A stretch of 64,000 nucleotides of DNA from positions 572 to 64,571 of the forward strand of contig DOGZ01000004.1 of the NCBI GenBank assembly GCA_003528115.1, in the 5' to 3' direction. This DNA comes from Candidatus Omnitrophota bacterium. GTDB lineage: Bacteria > Omnitrophota > Gorgyraeia > Zapsychrales > Zapsychraceae. The stretch's first letter is position 1. The number at the start of each line of letters is the position of its first letter. The notes beneath the pieces were generated by a model. That model was not told the DNA's origin, ran no database searches, and saw only the letters and a list, made by a program, of their open reading frames with translations. Below are positions 1 through 8,596 of this stretch, piece by piece. A program made the translations under genes and the position numbers.

Positions 1-735
1 GCTGTACTCTATCCCTTATGCCTCTGGAGCGTCGCCAAGAATCCCCTTAAAAATGATTTTTATAAATTTCATCTGGGCTTGCCCAATTTCTTTGGTGGAA
101 TAGCCGTTATCTGTTTCCTGCTCTTGAGCGCGCCCTTAACCCTGAAGCTGTTCGTATTGGGTTGGAAGTGTCTCTTTTTATATGTGACTTTTTATAACTG
201 GAAGAAGCCTTACCCAAAAATGGGGCAACTGACCGCGACCAGTTTTTTGGGTATGTTTCTTATGACGTTTCTGTTGGCCTGTCTGTTTGGCCCGAACCCC
301 GGATTGATCTTCATGGTCTTATTGAGCGGATTTATTTTAAGTTTTTCACTTTTTTCTCTAGGGCTGGGATTCTGGTACGCCCAGAATGAAGGGCTCTCCT
401 TCGAATATTTGCGCCGAACCGTTCGAATCTTTATTGTCTTGCTGTTTGTTCGATGGGTTTGGGATGTGGGTGTTTTCTTCACGGGCAGGCTGTTATATCA
501 AGGACAGATGACTCCTGTATCGAATTTCCTCTTTAAGTCGGACGGTTTTTTATTATTTTTTGTCTTATGGATCGGCACATTATTGCCTTTAGCCATGCTG
601 TATTTTGTCAAAGGAAGCTTAAATTGGAGAAGACTCCCTGCCATCAATGAAATGTTATCCAGCAGCTTTTGTCTCATTTTAGCCGGCGATGTCGTCACCA
701 AATACTATACGGCGCGGTATTTCATCTCCATGTAA
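1..735 (+). CDS. Multi-pass membrane protein of unknown function, 5'-truncated
   Basis: Frame 1 is open from base 1 (AVLYPLCLWSV...) through the tracked ORF 79-735; about 7 hydrophobic segments; LGFWYA..GLSFEYLRR segment. Confidence 0.7.
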   Translation, partial: AVLYPLCLWSVAKNPLKNDFYKFHLGLPNFFGGIAVICFLLLSAPLTLKLFVLGWKCLFLYVTFYNWKKPYPKMGQLTATSFLGMFLMTFLLACLFGPNPGLIFMVLLSGFILSFSLFSLGLGFWYAQNEGLSFEYLRRTVRIFIVLLFVRWVWDVGVFFTGRLLYQGQMTPVSNFLFKSDGFLLFFVLWIGTLLPLAMLYFVKGSLNWRRLPAINEMLSSSFCLILAGDVVTKYYTARYFISM

Positions 736-947
736 ACAAAACTTTGTTTTCATGAGGAAATAAATGTTCTGATAGTTGAATAAAATAAAAGAAGCTGTTA
801 ATATACCCTCACTTTGAAAATTTTAGTATGTTGTGAATAGAAAATTATGGCATTATCGAAGACGGGAAAGGCCGTCATTTAATTCTAAATGACGAGCCTC
901 GTCATTTCCTTCTAAATGGAAATGAGGAAAAATGACGGGAGATACGC

Positions 948-2156
948 ATGTCAAGCGCATTGATTGAAACGGCAAAAGATAAATTCGGCAAGCTTATGGA
1001 GGATCAGCTCAAGCGCGTCGAGCGGATGAAGCAAGACACCGAATGGATCGATTACTCTAAATTAAACCCTATTATTATCGGTATCTGTTGGGGAGACGGC
1101 ATTGGAGAGTTCATATCCAAGCAGGCTCAGCGCGTCCTGGAGTACATTCTCAAGACGGAAGTGGCTCGAGGGAAAATTGTCTTTAGAGATATCAAAGGAT
1201 TGACTATTGAAAACAGAGTCAAACACATGAAGGCGATTCCTGAGGATGTCCTCAATGAACTCAAGGCTTGTCATGTTATTTTAAAAGGTCCAACCACGAC
1301 CCCTCAGGTGGGAGACCCGTGGCCCAATATTGAAAGCGCCAATGTGGCGATGCGCCGTGAGCTCGATCTCTTCGCCAACGTCAGGCCGGTGCGCATCCCG
1401 CAGGACGGTATCGACTGGTGTTTCTTTCGCGAGAACACGGAAGGGGCCTATGTTTTGGGCTCTAAAGGATTTGATGTCTCGGAGGATTTAAGCGTGGATT
1501 TTAAAGTGATTACGGAACAGGGCGCGGAACGCATTGTCCGAATGGCTTTTGAATACGCTAAGAAAAACCAAATCGACCGCATGACGGTTATAACAAAATC
1601 CAACGTCGTTAAAACGACGGACGGCCGTTTTTCCAAGGTCGCGTTTCGCATAGCCAAAGAGTATCCGAATATTAAGATAGACGAATGGTACATTGACATT
1701 ATGACGGCTAAGTTGATTGATCCGGCACGTCGCCGGGAATTCAAGGTGATGGTGATGCCGAATCTTTACGGCGATATTTTAACGGATGAAGCGGCCCAGT
1801 TGCAAGGAGGGGTTGGGACGGCCGGCAGCGCCAATATCGGTAAACATTGGTCCATGTTTGAGGCTATTCACGGCAGCGCCCCGCGTATGGTCAAAGAGGG
1901 CCGGGCCCAATACGCCGATCCTTGTTCCATGATCCGCGCGAGCGCCATGCTGTTAAGACATATCGGCCACCAACCGGAGGCCGAAAAAGTAGAAATGGCT
2001 CTTGAAGTCTGCGGCGTCTATGAGAAAAAGATGACCATTACCGGAAGAGAAACGGGCGTGACAGGAAAAGAATATTCGGATTATGTGTTGTCCTGGGTGG
2101 ACAATCCTCGATTGAAAGAAAGATGGGAGACCGGCGGCAGGGCTGTTTGTGTCTGA
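948..2156 (+). CDS. icd: Isocitrate/isopropylmalate dehydrogenase family protein, probably isocitrate dehydrogenase
   Basis: GDGIG, LKGPTTTP, RENTEG, PNLYGDILTD, FEAIHGSAP. ESANVAMRR carries the S-x-N isocitrate motif of IDH rather than the LeuB pattern. Confidence 0.8.
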   Translation: MSSALIETAKDKFGKLMEDQLKRVERMKQDTEWIDYSKLNPIIIGICWGDGIGEFISKQAQRVLEYILKTEVARGKIVFRDIKGLTIENRVKHMKAIPEDVLNELKACHVILKGPTTTPQVGDPWPNIESANVAMRRELDLFANVRPVRIPQDGIDWCFFRENTEGAYVLGSKGFDVSEDLSVDFKVITEQGAERIVRMAFEYAKKNQIDRMTVITKSNVVKTTDGRFSKVAFRIAKEYPNIKIDEWYIDIMTAKLIDPARRREFKVMVMPNLYGDILTDEAAQLQGGVGTAGSANIGKHWSMFEAIHGSAPRMVKEGRAQYADPCSMIRASAMLLRHIGHQPEAEKVEMALEVCGVYEKKMTITGRETGVTGKEYSDYVLSWVDNPRLKERWETGGRAVCV

Positions 2157-2220
2157 GACAAACCGGTTTTTAAAGAACGGCTCCCCTATGATGAAGCTTA
2201 GGTTATTTTTATCCAGAATT

Positions 2221-2258
2221 AAAAAAAAAGACAATTCCATGAGTTGTCTTTTTTTTTT
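2221..2258 (+). terminator. Intrinsic terminator-like hairpin flanked by A9 and T10 (potentially bidirectional)
   Basis: aaaaaaaaagacaa-ttccatgag-ttgtcttttttttt inverted repeat downstream of icd; overlaps the start of the next ORF. Confidence 0.55.
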
Positions 2259-3344
2259 AGAGTTTTATTTCTTTTATTCATCAATGGTTTAGTTTTTATT
2301 CTTTTGGCGGAAGGATTCTTGGCGTTGTGGGGGATCCCCAAACCATCCAAGCCCCACAGTGCCCCGCTTCAATTCAGCATGGTCGCCAGCGAAAATATCC
2401 TTTATGTCAATGTCCCGGCGACACGCATTACCTTTCAATATGATGGTAATCCCCGGGGATATTTTCGAGACGGTAATCAGGTCTGGCATACGACGAACCG
2501 GCAGGGATTTCGTAGCACAACGTCCTTTCAGGTCGAAAAACCTCCTGACACTGTCCGGATAATTTTTATCGGAGATTCGTTTACCTTCGGCGAAGGTGTT
2601 TACGATGAAGATGTTTATCCGCAGCAATTCCGGAGGTTTGCGCTCGAACAAGGGTTGTTCCCGAATAAGACTGTAGAAATAATTAATTTAGGCGTCGGGG
2701 GATATAACACTCAGCAGGAATGGGGGCTATTGAATGAATACGCCCGTTACTTGCAACCGGATATGGTGGTGATCGGGTATACCATCAACGATGTGGAACC
2801 TTATTTGTTTTATAGAAGCGGACAGGGGTTCCTGCGTTCTTCGCGCAGGGTCGAAGAATTCGACCGCCTGGGTTCTTTGGACACGGCGCCGTCCTGGATC
2901 AGGGGCTTTCGTCTATCACGTTTATTCTGGATTCTCTGGCAGGGCCATAAAATCAGCCGGCAAACGATCGGATATTATCAAGACCTCTATGCCTCCGGGA
3001 GCCCTTCCTGGAAAATGACGATGGAGGCGGTATCCGCTTTGGCCCATTATCAAAAAGAGTCCGGGATCCCGGTCTACGTTATGATTTTTCCCCTTATGTA
3101 CCGCCTGGATGATCCCGCGCATCCGTTATTAAGAATTCACGCGCAATTGCATCAGTTGATGGAAGGCGTTGACTTGCCCTATTTTGATTTATGGCCTCGG
3201 TTGAAGAGATATAAAGATACGGATTTATGGGTTCACCCCACGGATCAGCATCCCAATGAAATCGTTCATGAGATCGCGGCCAGGGCGTTGGTGGAGTTTA
3301 TAAGCGCAAACTCTTCACACGCGAAAGTCTTTAACCGGGACTGA
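2244..3344 (+). CDS. SGNH/GDSL hydrolase family protein with N-terminal membrane anchor (start uncertain)
   Basis: FIGDSFTFG, NLGVGGYN, INDV and DQHPN motifs. Confidence 0.85.
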   Translation: MSFFFRVLFLLFINGLVFILLAEGFLALWGIPKPSKPHSAPLQFSMVASENILYVNVPATRITFQYDGNPRGYFRDGNQVWHTTNRQGFRSTTSFQVEKPPDTVRIIFIGDSFTFGEGVYDEDVYPQQFRRFALEQGLFPNKTVEIINLGVGGYNTQQEWGLLNEYARYLQPDMVVIGYTINDVEPYLFYRSGQGFLRSSRRVEEFDRLGSLDTAPSWIRGFRLSRLFWILWQGHKISRQTIGYYQDLYASGSPSWKMTMEAVSALAHYQKESGIPVYVMIFPLMYRLDDPAHPLLRIHAQLHQLMEGVDLPYFDLWPRLKRYKDTDLWVHPTDQHPNEIVHEIAARALVEFISANSSHAKVFNRD

Positions 3345-3370
3345 AGGTGCCCTGAATTTCTCAATAAAAT

Positions 3371-4987
3371 ATGAAACTCTTCCCGCACACGTTCTTGAAA
3401 AATCCCAGGACCATAAAGAAAATCTTTGTCTTCTTGACGCTTTTGTGCGGGAGTGTTTATTTCGCGCCAACCACAGACTTCGCGGGTCTTTTGGCACAGG
3501 GAGATCATGGGCGGGATTTTTACGCGTTTGAACGGACGCTCAAGGGAGATGTCCCTTTCAGGGATTATTGGTGGGTCTATGGACCGTTGATGCCGTATTA
3601 TTACAGTCTTTTTTTTAAATGGCTCGGCGTCAGCATTCCCAGCATTCTGATCGGACGGATTATCCTGACGCTCTTCAGCGGGGTTTTGATTTTCTTGAGT
3701 CTGGCTGAGGTCACCTCAGTTTTAAGGGCGTTTTTGGCCGCGCTTTGTTTTTATATGTTTTTCCCTGATTTTTATTTTACCTACAACCATACCGGAGCCA
3801 TCACCGCTATGACCGCGCTTTTCTATGGCGTGACCTGTTACTTGAATCGACGGCAGGATCGATATTTAGTTATGGCGTTGGGCGCCGTTAGCGTGACGGG
3901 CTTAATAAAAATCAACTTCGGACTTGCCAGTCTGGTGTTTCTTGTTCTGGCCGTGGCGTGGATTGATCGTGTTGATCAAAGGCCTTGGAACGCAAACAAG
4001 AAAATATTTTATATCGCGGCTGTGGCCGGCGTCCCGTTGTTTATCGGCGGGGTCTACAGCCTCTTTTTGCGTGGACTTCCAGTTTACGTGATTAAACAAT
4101 CTCTGCCTTTCTGGGGACAGCATCTTTATAATATCCCTTTGACCAAGGCGGTAGGGAATTTATGTCTATTCCTTTGGATGAATTATACGGATGGTCTCTT
4201 GGGAATGCTGTCTACGGCGTGGTTCCTCACGCTGACCGCGGTGGCTATCTATTGGGTTGTATTCAACAAAGCCGTCCTCCCGGAACATCGGGCCGTTATG
4301 TTTTTGGCCGGCTTAACGGCGATATTCGCTGTGCTTAATCTTCATGAATATTTGCCTAATGGGATTATGTATCGTCTCTTCTGGATGCTTCCTTGGGGAA
4401 TGGTGCTGATCTTTCTGTTGTGGCATTTGGGGGAAATGGGTATGCCGTCCTGGACAAAGCCTGTCGGGTATCTTCTGATTTTTGGAATAATTATCGTCGG
4501 ATATAGGAATCATGAACGAGAGTTACAAATTTATAAACAGCCGGAGCATTTTGTCTCCCATCCCAAGGCGCGCGTTTATGTCCAAAACACGCCCGCCTGG
4601 ATCGAAACTGTTCTTCAAACCAGCCGTTTTCTTGAAAAAGTCCCGGAGAAAACATTTTTCGCGGCCCCGTATGAACCTTTATATTACTATTTGACTTCTC
4701 GAAAAAGTCCTGTCCAGCTTTTGAGTTATTTTGAATATATTTATATTCCCGAAGAGCAGGAGCGGGAGGTTATCTCAGAACTGGAAAAGCAAAATGTCCG
4801 CTGGGTTCTGTTATCAAACAGAATTGTTGGTAATGAAGCTGGGTTAGGCCTGTTCGGATCGACGCACTGCCGGTTACTGGCGAGTTATATTCAAGAGCAT
4901 TTCAAGGTTGTCGCCACCAGCGGGAATTGGGCGCATCCCGCAGGCTGGGCTTGGCAGCACGCGATAATGATTTTAAAAAGACCATAG
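3371..4987 (+). CDS. GT-C fold (ArnT/PMT-like) membrane glycosyltransferase
   Basis: GDHGRD loop, PFRDYWWVYGPL, many TM helices, KINFG, C-terminal soluble domain. Confidence 0.7.
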   Translation: MKLFPHTFLKNPRTIKKIFVFLTLLCGSVYFAPTTDFAGLLAQGDHGRDFYAFERTLKGDVPFRDYWWVYGPLMPYYYSLFFKWLGVSIPSILIGRIILTLFSGVLIFLSLAEVTSVLRAFLAALCFYMFFPDFYFTYNHTGAITAMTALFYGVTCYLNRRQDRYLVMALGAVSVTGLIKINFGLASLVFLVLAVAWIDRVDQRPWNANKKIFYIAAVAGVPLFIGGVYSLFLRGLPVYVIKQSLPFWGQHLYNIPLTKAVGNLCLFLWMNYTDGLLGMLSTAWFLTLTAVAIYWVVFNKAVLPEHRAVMFLAGLTAIFAVLNLHEYLPNGIMYRLFWMLPWGMVLIFLLWHLGEMGMPSWTKPVGYLLIFGIIIVGYRNHERELQIYKQPEHFVSHPKARVYVQNTPAWIETVLQTSRFLEKVPEKTFFAAPYEPLYYYLTSRKSPVQLLSYFEYIYIPEEQEREVISELEKQNVRWVLLSNRIVGNEAGLGLFGSTHCRLLASYIQEHFKVVATSGNWAHPAGWAWQHAIMILKRP

Positions 4988-5039
4988 GAAGTTTCATAAA
5001 TTTATTAAAACTTGCATCAGTCATGCCATGGGAGGAAGG

Positions 5040-6281
5040 ATGAATATTTATTTGATCGTAATTTTGGTTATTTTGATTGGTCATTTTTGTCTGGAGTTAA
5101 TGATTGAAATGTTAAATCTCCAGGCCATATCCACCAAAGTCCCTGAAGAATTTGAAGACACGTATGATCCGGAAAAGTACCGGAAATCTCAGGATTACTT
5201 GAAAGCCACGACTAAATTCCATTTGATCCGAGAGGGGTTCACATTGACTCTGACGACAGCCTTTATTGTGTTGGGCGGATTTAATGTTATTGACCGGTTG
5301 GCCAGAGGTATCGCCCAGGGAGAGATCGTCACGGGATTGATATTTGCCGGCGTCCTGATGGGGGTTTCTCTCCTGACCACGATCCCGTTTTCTTATTACA
5401 GCACCTTTGTCATTGAAGAAAAATTCGGATTTAACAAGACTTCCCAGAAGACGTTTATTCTGGATATTCTCAAGAGTGTCCTTTTGAGCGTTGTCCTCGG
5501 CGGGATCCTGTATGCTCTCATTATCTGGTTTTTTGAAAAAGCCGGGGCCTTGGCCTGGATTTATGCCTGGGGCGCCGTGACCCTGTTCCAATTATTTATC
5601 ACATTCCTGGCGCCGGTCATGATTCTGCCGCTTTTTAATAAATTTATCCCCCTGGAAGATTCCGTCTTGAAACAGGCCATCGAAAACTATGCCAAGACCC
5701 AGCGTTTCCAGATTCAGGGGATTTTTAAAATGGACGGTTCCCGGCGCTCCACCAAGACAAACGCCTTTTTCACGGGATTCGGGAAATACAGGCGTATCGC
5801 TTTATTCGACACCCTCATCGAGCGCCACACGATCGACGAATTGGTTTCTGTCCTGGCGCACGAGATAGGTCATTGTCAACTCAGGCATGTCACCAAGATG
5901 GTCGTCTGGTCCATCATCAATGCCGGTCTGATGTTTTTTTTGATGGGATTTTTCATCGACAACGCCGGGCTTTTCTCGGCCTTCCGGATGGAAGAGACTT
6001 CCATTTACGCCAGCCTGTTCTTTTTCGGATTTCTTTACACACCGGTGAGTCTGGTCTTGTCGGTCATCACCAACAATATCTCAAGGCACCATGAATACCA
6101 GGCCGATCAGTTTGCCGTGCGCACGTATCAAAAACCGGAAGCCATGATCATGGCCTTGAAGAAATTATCCGTCGATAATTTATCCAACTTAACCCCGCAT
6201 CCTTTAAAAGTCTTCTTTGATTACAGTCATCCGACGGTTTTAAAAAGGATTGAGCGTATGAGAGAATTTCACGGTTCCTAA
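5040..6281 (+). CDS. Ste24-like M48 zinc metalloprotease
   Basis: DGSRRSTKTNAFFTG, LAHEIGH (HExxH), EYQAD, YSHP; GGAGGA SD precedes ATG 5040. Confidence 0.93.
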   Translation: MNIYLIVILVILIGHFCLELMIEMLNLQAISTKVPEEFEDTYDPEKYRKSQDYLKATTKFHLIREGFTLTLTTAFIVLGGFNVIDRLARGIAQGEIVTGLIFAGVLMGVSLLTTIPFSYYSTFVIEEKFGFNKTSQKTFILDILKSVLLSVVLGGILYALIIWFFEKAGALAWIYAWGAVTLFQLFITFLAPVMILPLFNKFIPLEDSVLKQAIENYAKTQRFQIQGIFKMDGSRRSTKTNAFFTGFGKYRRIALFDTLIERHTIDELVSVLAHEIGHCQLRHVTKMVVWSIINAGLMFFLMGFFIDNAGLFSAFRMEETSIYASLFFFGFLYTPVSLVLSVITNNISRHHEYQADQFAVRTYQKPEAMIMALKKLSVDNLSNLTPHPLKVFFDYSHPTVLKRIERMREFHGS

Positions 6282-6286
6282 CGGAC

Positions 6287-8092
6287 ATGTACGAAAAATT
6301 CTTTAAAATCAATGGTTATCATCCCTGGCGGGAGGTCAGCGAGGACGGTTATATTGATTATCCCGTGCGCTACCGGAAAGGGGGGAGGGTCTTATTTTTT
6401 AATTTTGCCTTGGCCCGTGAAATGGAACTGATTGCCCGGAAACATCCTTCTCACATGAATCACCAATTGGAAGAGATCATCCTCAAGACTTTTGCGTTGA
6501 GAATCCTTAATGAACACGACTGGATCAATAAAAAAACCTTCCCCAAAGATGGTCTTGAAGACCGCCTCTACATGGCCACGCGATACCTGCAGGCCCAGCA
6601 TAAAAATAAACAAGGCAAGACCTCCGGCGATGGAAGGGGGATTTGGAATGGCGTTGTCAAAACAAAGACCATGACTTTTGATGTGACCAGCCGGGGCACG
6701 GGCGCCACGATATTGTGTCCAGGGGCTCAAGCAGCGGATGGTTTGTTGAAAACGGGGGATCAACAATATGGATATGCTTCGGGGCTCGCGGACCTGGAGG
6801 AGATGCTGGCCAGCGCCATTATGTCAGAAATTTTTTATCAAAGAGGACTCCCGACGGAACGCTGCTTGGCGGTTATTGACTACAAAGACAAAACCGCTAT
6901 CGGCATCAGAACCGCACTGAATCTTATCCGCCCGGCGCATCTTTTTCGCTATCTGAAGATGGAAGATCATGACGGTCTTGAGAAATCGTTTGATTATTTC
7001 TTAAGACGTCAGGAAACAAACGGCTCATTAGTTTTACAGCGAAGAGGGCACAAACGATATCGTCAAGCCCTCGTTTATTTGGCGAAAGTCTATGCCAAAT
7101 TGGCCGCGGTGATGGAGGATGAATATATTTTTAATTGGCTGTCCTGGGATGGGGACAATATGCTGGCCAGCGGCGCGATCCTTGATTATGGTTCTATCCG
7201 CCAGTTCGCGGCCAAACATGATAAATATCGTTATGAAGATGTGGATCGGTTTTCGACTTCCTTAAATGAACAACGTTATTGGGCCCGAAAGATTATTCAG
7301 GTCTTTGCCCAAGCCGTTGATTTTATTGTGACGGGGAAGAAAAAGAATCTTAAGGTGTTTGATGACGATCCGACGCTCAAGTTATTTGATCAATATTTTC
7401 TGAGCACGCGGCAGGAAAGAACGCTTGCGCGGATTGGTTTTACGCCCCAACAGATTAATAAACTGACAGCGCGCGCCCCGTCAAAGGTCAATGCCTTTAT
7501 TACAACGCTCAATTATTTTGAAGATGTTAAGACAAAGCAAGGAAAGAAGGTTGTCGCTGACGGCATTGATCATCCCCCGGTTTTCTTAGTGCGGCACATC
7601 CTGCGGGAATTGCCCAAGTTTATATTGAAACACAAAATAATGGATGACAAGAATTGGCCCTACTTGTCCCCCGAACAATTCTGTAAAACTATGGCCGCTT
7701 CCTATGTCAATCATCACGATCTTCAACTGACAAAAATCCGCGGGGAAAAGGCTGAGGCGTTTCAGCGATTCTATCGCGACCTCATCTGCGCGGTCAGTCC
7801 AAAACCATGGGGCACCCTAAAGGTGGTCGCCCAACGTTCGTCCGTCATCAATTATCCCTACCGCAGCACAGGGGACGGTCTTCTTTGGATTGTTAAGGAA
7901 GCCATCGATCTCAAAGACAAGGGAGACATCCAGCACTTTCAAGAAGCCATTGACCGATTCATTGAGTCGCAAGTCCTTGTCCCTGAGAAGTGGAAACCGA
8001 TTAAACCTAGTGAACTTAAAGGGGATTCCACAAAGGCCCGTCTTTTGAATATGATCCAAAGAAATTTAGAATTGTTTAACGAGAACATTTGA
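6287..8092 (+). CDS. Divergent SelO/YdiU-like pseudokinase-fold protein (putative AMPylase)
   Basis: SGDGRG, SRGTG, MSEI..RGLPTER, LIRP and DGDNML..GAILDYG occur in the SelO motif order. Confidence 0.65.
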   Translation: MYEKFFKINGYHPWREVSEDGYIDYPVRYRKGGRVLFFNFALAREMELIARKHPSHMNHQLEEIILKTFALRILNEHDWINKKTFPKDGLEDRLYMATRYLQAQHKNKQGKTSGDGRGIWNGVVKTKTMTFDVTSRGTGATILCPGAQAADGLLKTGDQQYGYASGLADLEEMLASAIMSEIFYQRGLPTERCLAVIDYKDKTAIGIRTALNLIRPAHLFRYLKMEDHDGLEKSFDYFLRRQETNGSLVLQRRGHKRYRQALVYLAKVYAKLAAVMEDEYIFNWLSWDGDNMLASGAILDYGSIRQFAAKHDKYRYEDVDRFSTSLNEQRYWARKIIQVFAQAVDFIVTGKKKNLKVFDDDPTLKLFDQYFLSTRQERTLARIGFTPQQINKLTARAPSKVNAFITTLNYFEDVKTKQGKKVVADGIDHPPVFLVRHILRELPKFILKHKIMDDKNWPYLSPEQFCKTMAASYVNHHDLQLTKIRGEKAEAFQRFYRDLICAVSPKPWGTLKVVAQRSSVINYPYRSTGDGLLWIVKEAIDLKDKGDIQHFQEAIDRFIESQVLVPEKWKPIKPSELKGDSTKARLLNMIQRNLELFNENI

Positions 8093-8103
8093 AAGCAGGG
8101 AAC

Positions 8104-8150
8104 AAAAAAATAAGCCTCTTTTTCGATTTCTCAAAAGAGAGGCTTATTTA
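8104..8150. terminator. Bidirectional intrinsic terminator between convergent genes
   Basis: aaataagcctct...agaggcttattt stem with A-run on the left. Confidence 0.8.
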
Positions 8151-8171
8151 GCAAATCCAGGAAAAGGTGTC

Positions 8172-8450
8172 TTATTTCTTAACCAAAGGTTCTTTTTTCT
8201 CGGTAATGACAGGTAAATTCTTAGCCTTTTGGGCATTCAGTTGAATATAATTCTTCCATTGACCGGGGACATCTTCTTCAGGGAAGATCGCTTGAACCGG
8301 GCATTCAGGAATGCAGGCGCCGCAATCAATACACACCTCTGGATCAATAACCAGCATCTCTGGGTCTTCATGAAAACAATCCACAGGGCAGACTGCGACA
8401 CAGTCCGTATATCTGCATTTGACGCAAGGTTCCGTAACAACGTGGGACAT
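8172..8450 (-). CDS. fdxA: 7Fe ([3Fe-4S]+[4Fe-4S]) ferredoxin
   Basis: [17 protein letters not shown] and [12 protein letters not shown]; AAGGAGGT SD. Confidence 0.93.
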   Translation of the reverse strand: MSHVVTEPCVKCRYTDCVAVCPVDCFHEDPEMLVIDPEVCIDCGACIPECPVQAIFPEEDVPGQWKNYIQLNAQKAKNLPVITEKKEPLVKK

Positions 8451-8527
8451 TTAGACCTCCTTCAGTAATAATCAGATTTATCCGGGTTTAATAAATTTTA
8501 TCAGAAATTTATCGGAAAGCAGGGGCT

Positions 8528-8556
8528 ACTATATCAAAATCAAAATTATTTGTCAA
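8528..8556 (-). promoter_or_regulatory. sigma70-type promoter of fdxA
   Basis: Minus strand TTGACA-N17-TATAGT. Confidence 0.7.
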
Positions 8557-8596
8557 ACTGCAACATAATTATTAGTCATTTTGTAGTTGAATCTTT

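Noticed and set aside
948-2156. leuB call for the decarboxylating dehydrogenase
   Set aside because: The S-x-N substrate motif points to isocitrate rather than isopropylmalate
8090-8150. TGA stop of the SelO-like gene followed by a hairpin, read as selenocysteine plus SECIS
   Set aside because: No preceding Cys in a CxxU pattern, and the hairpin is well explained as a bidirectional terminator
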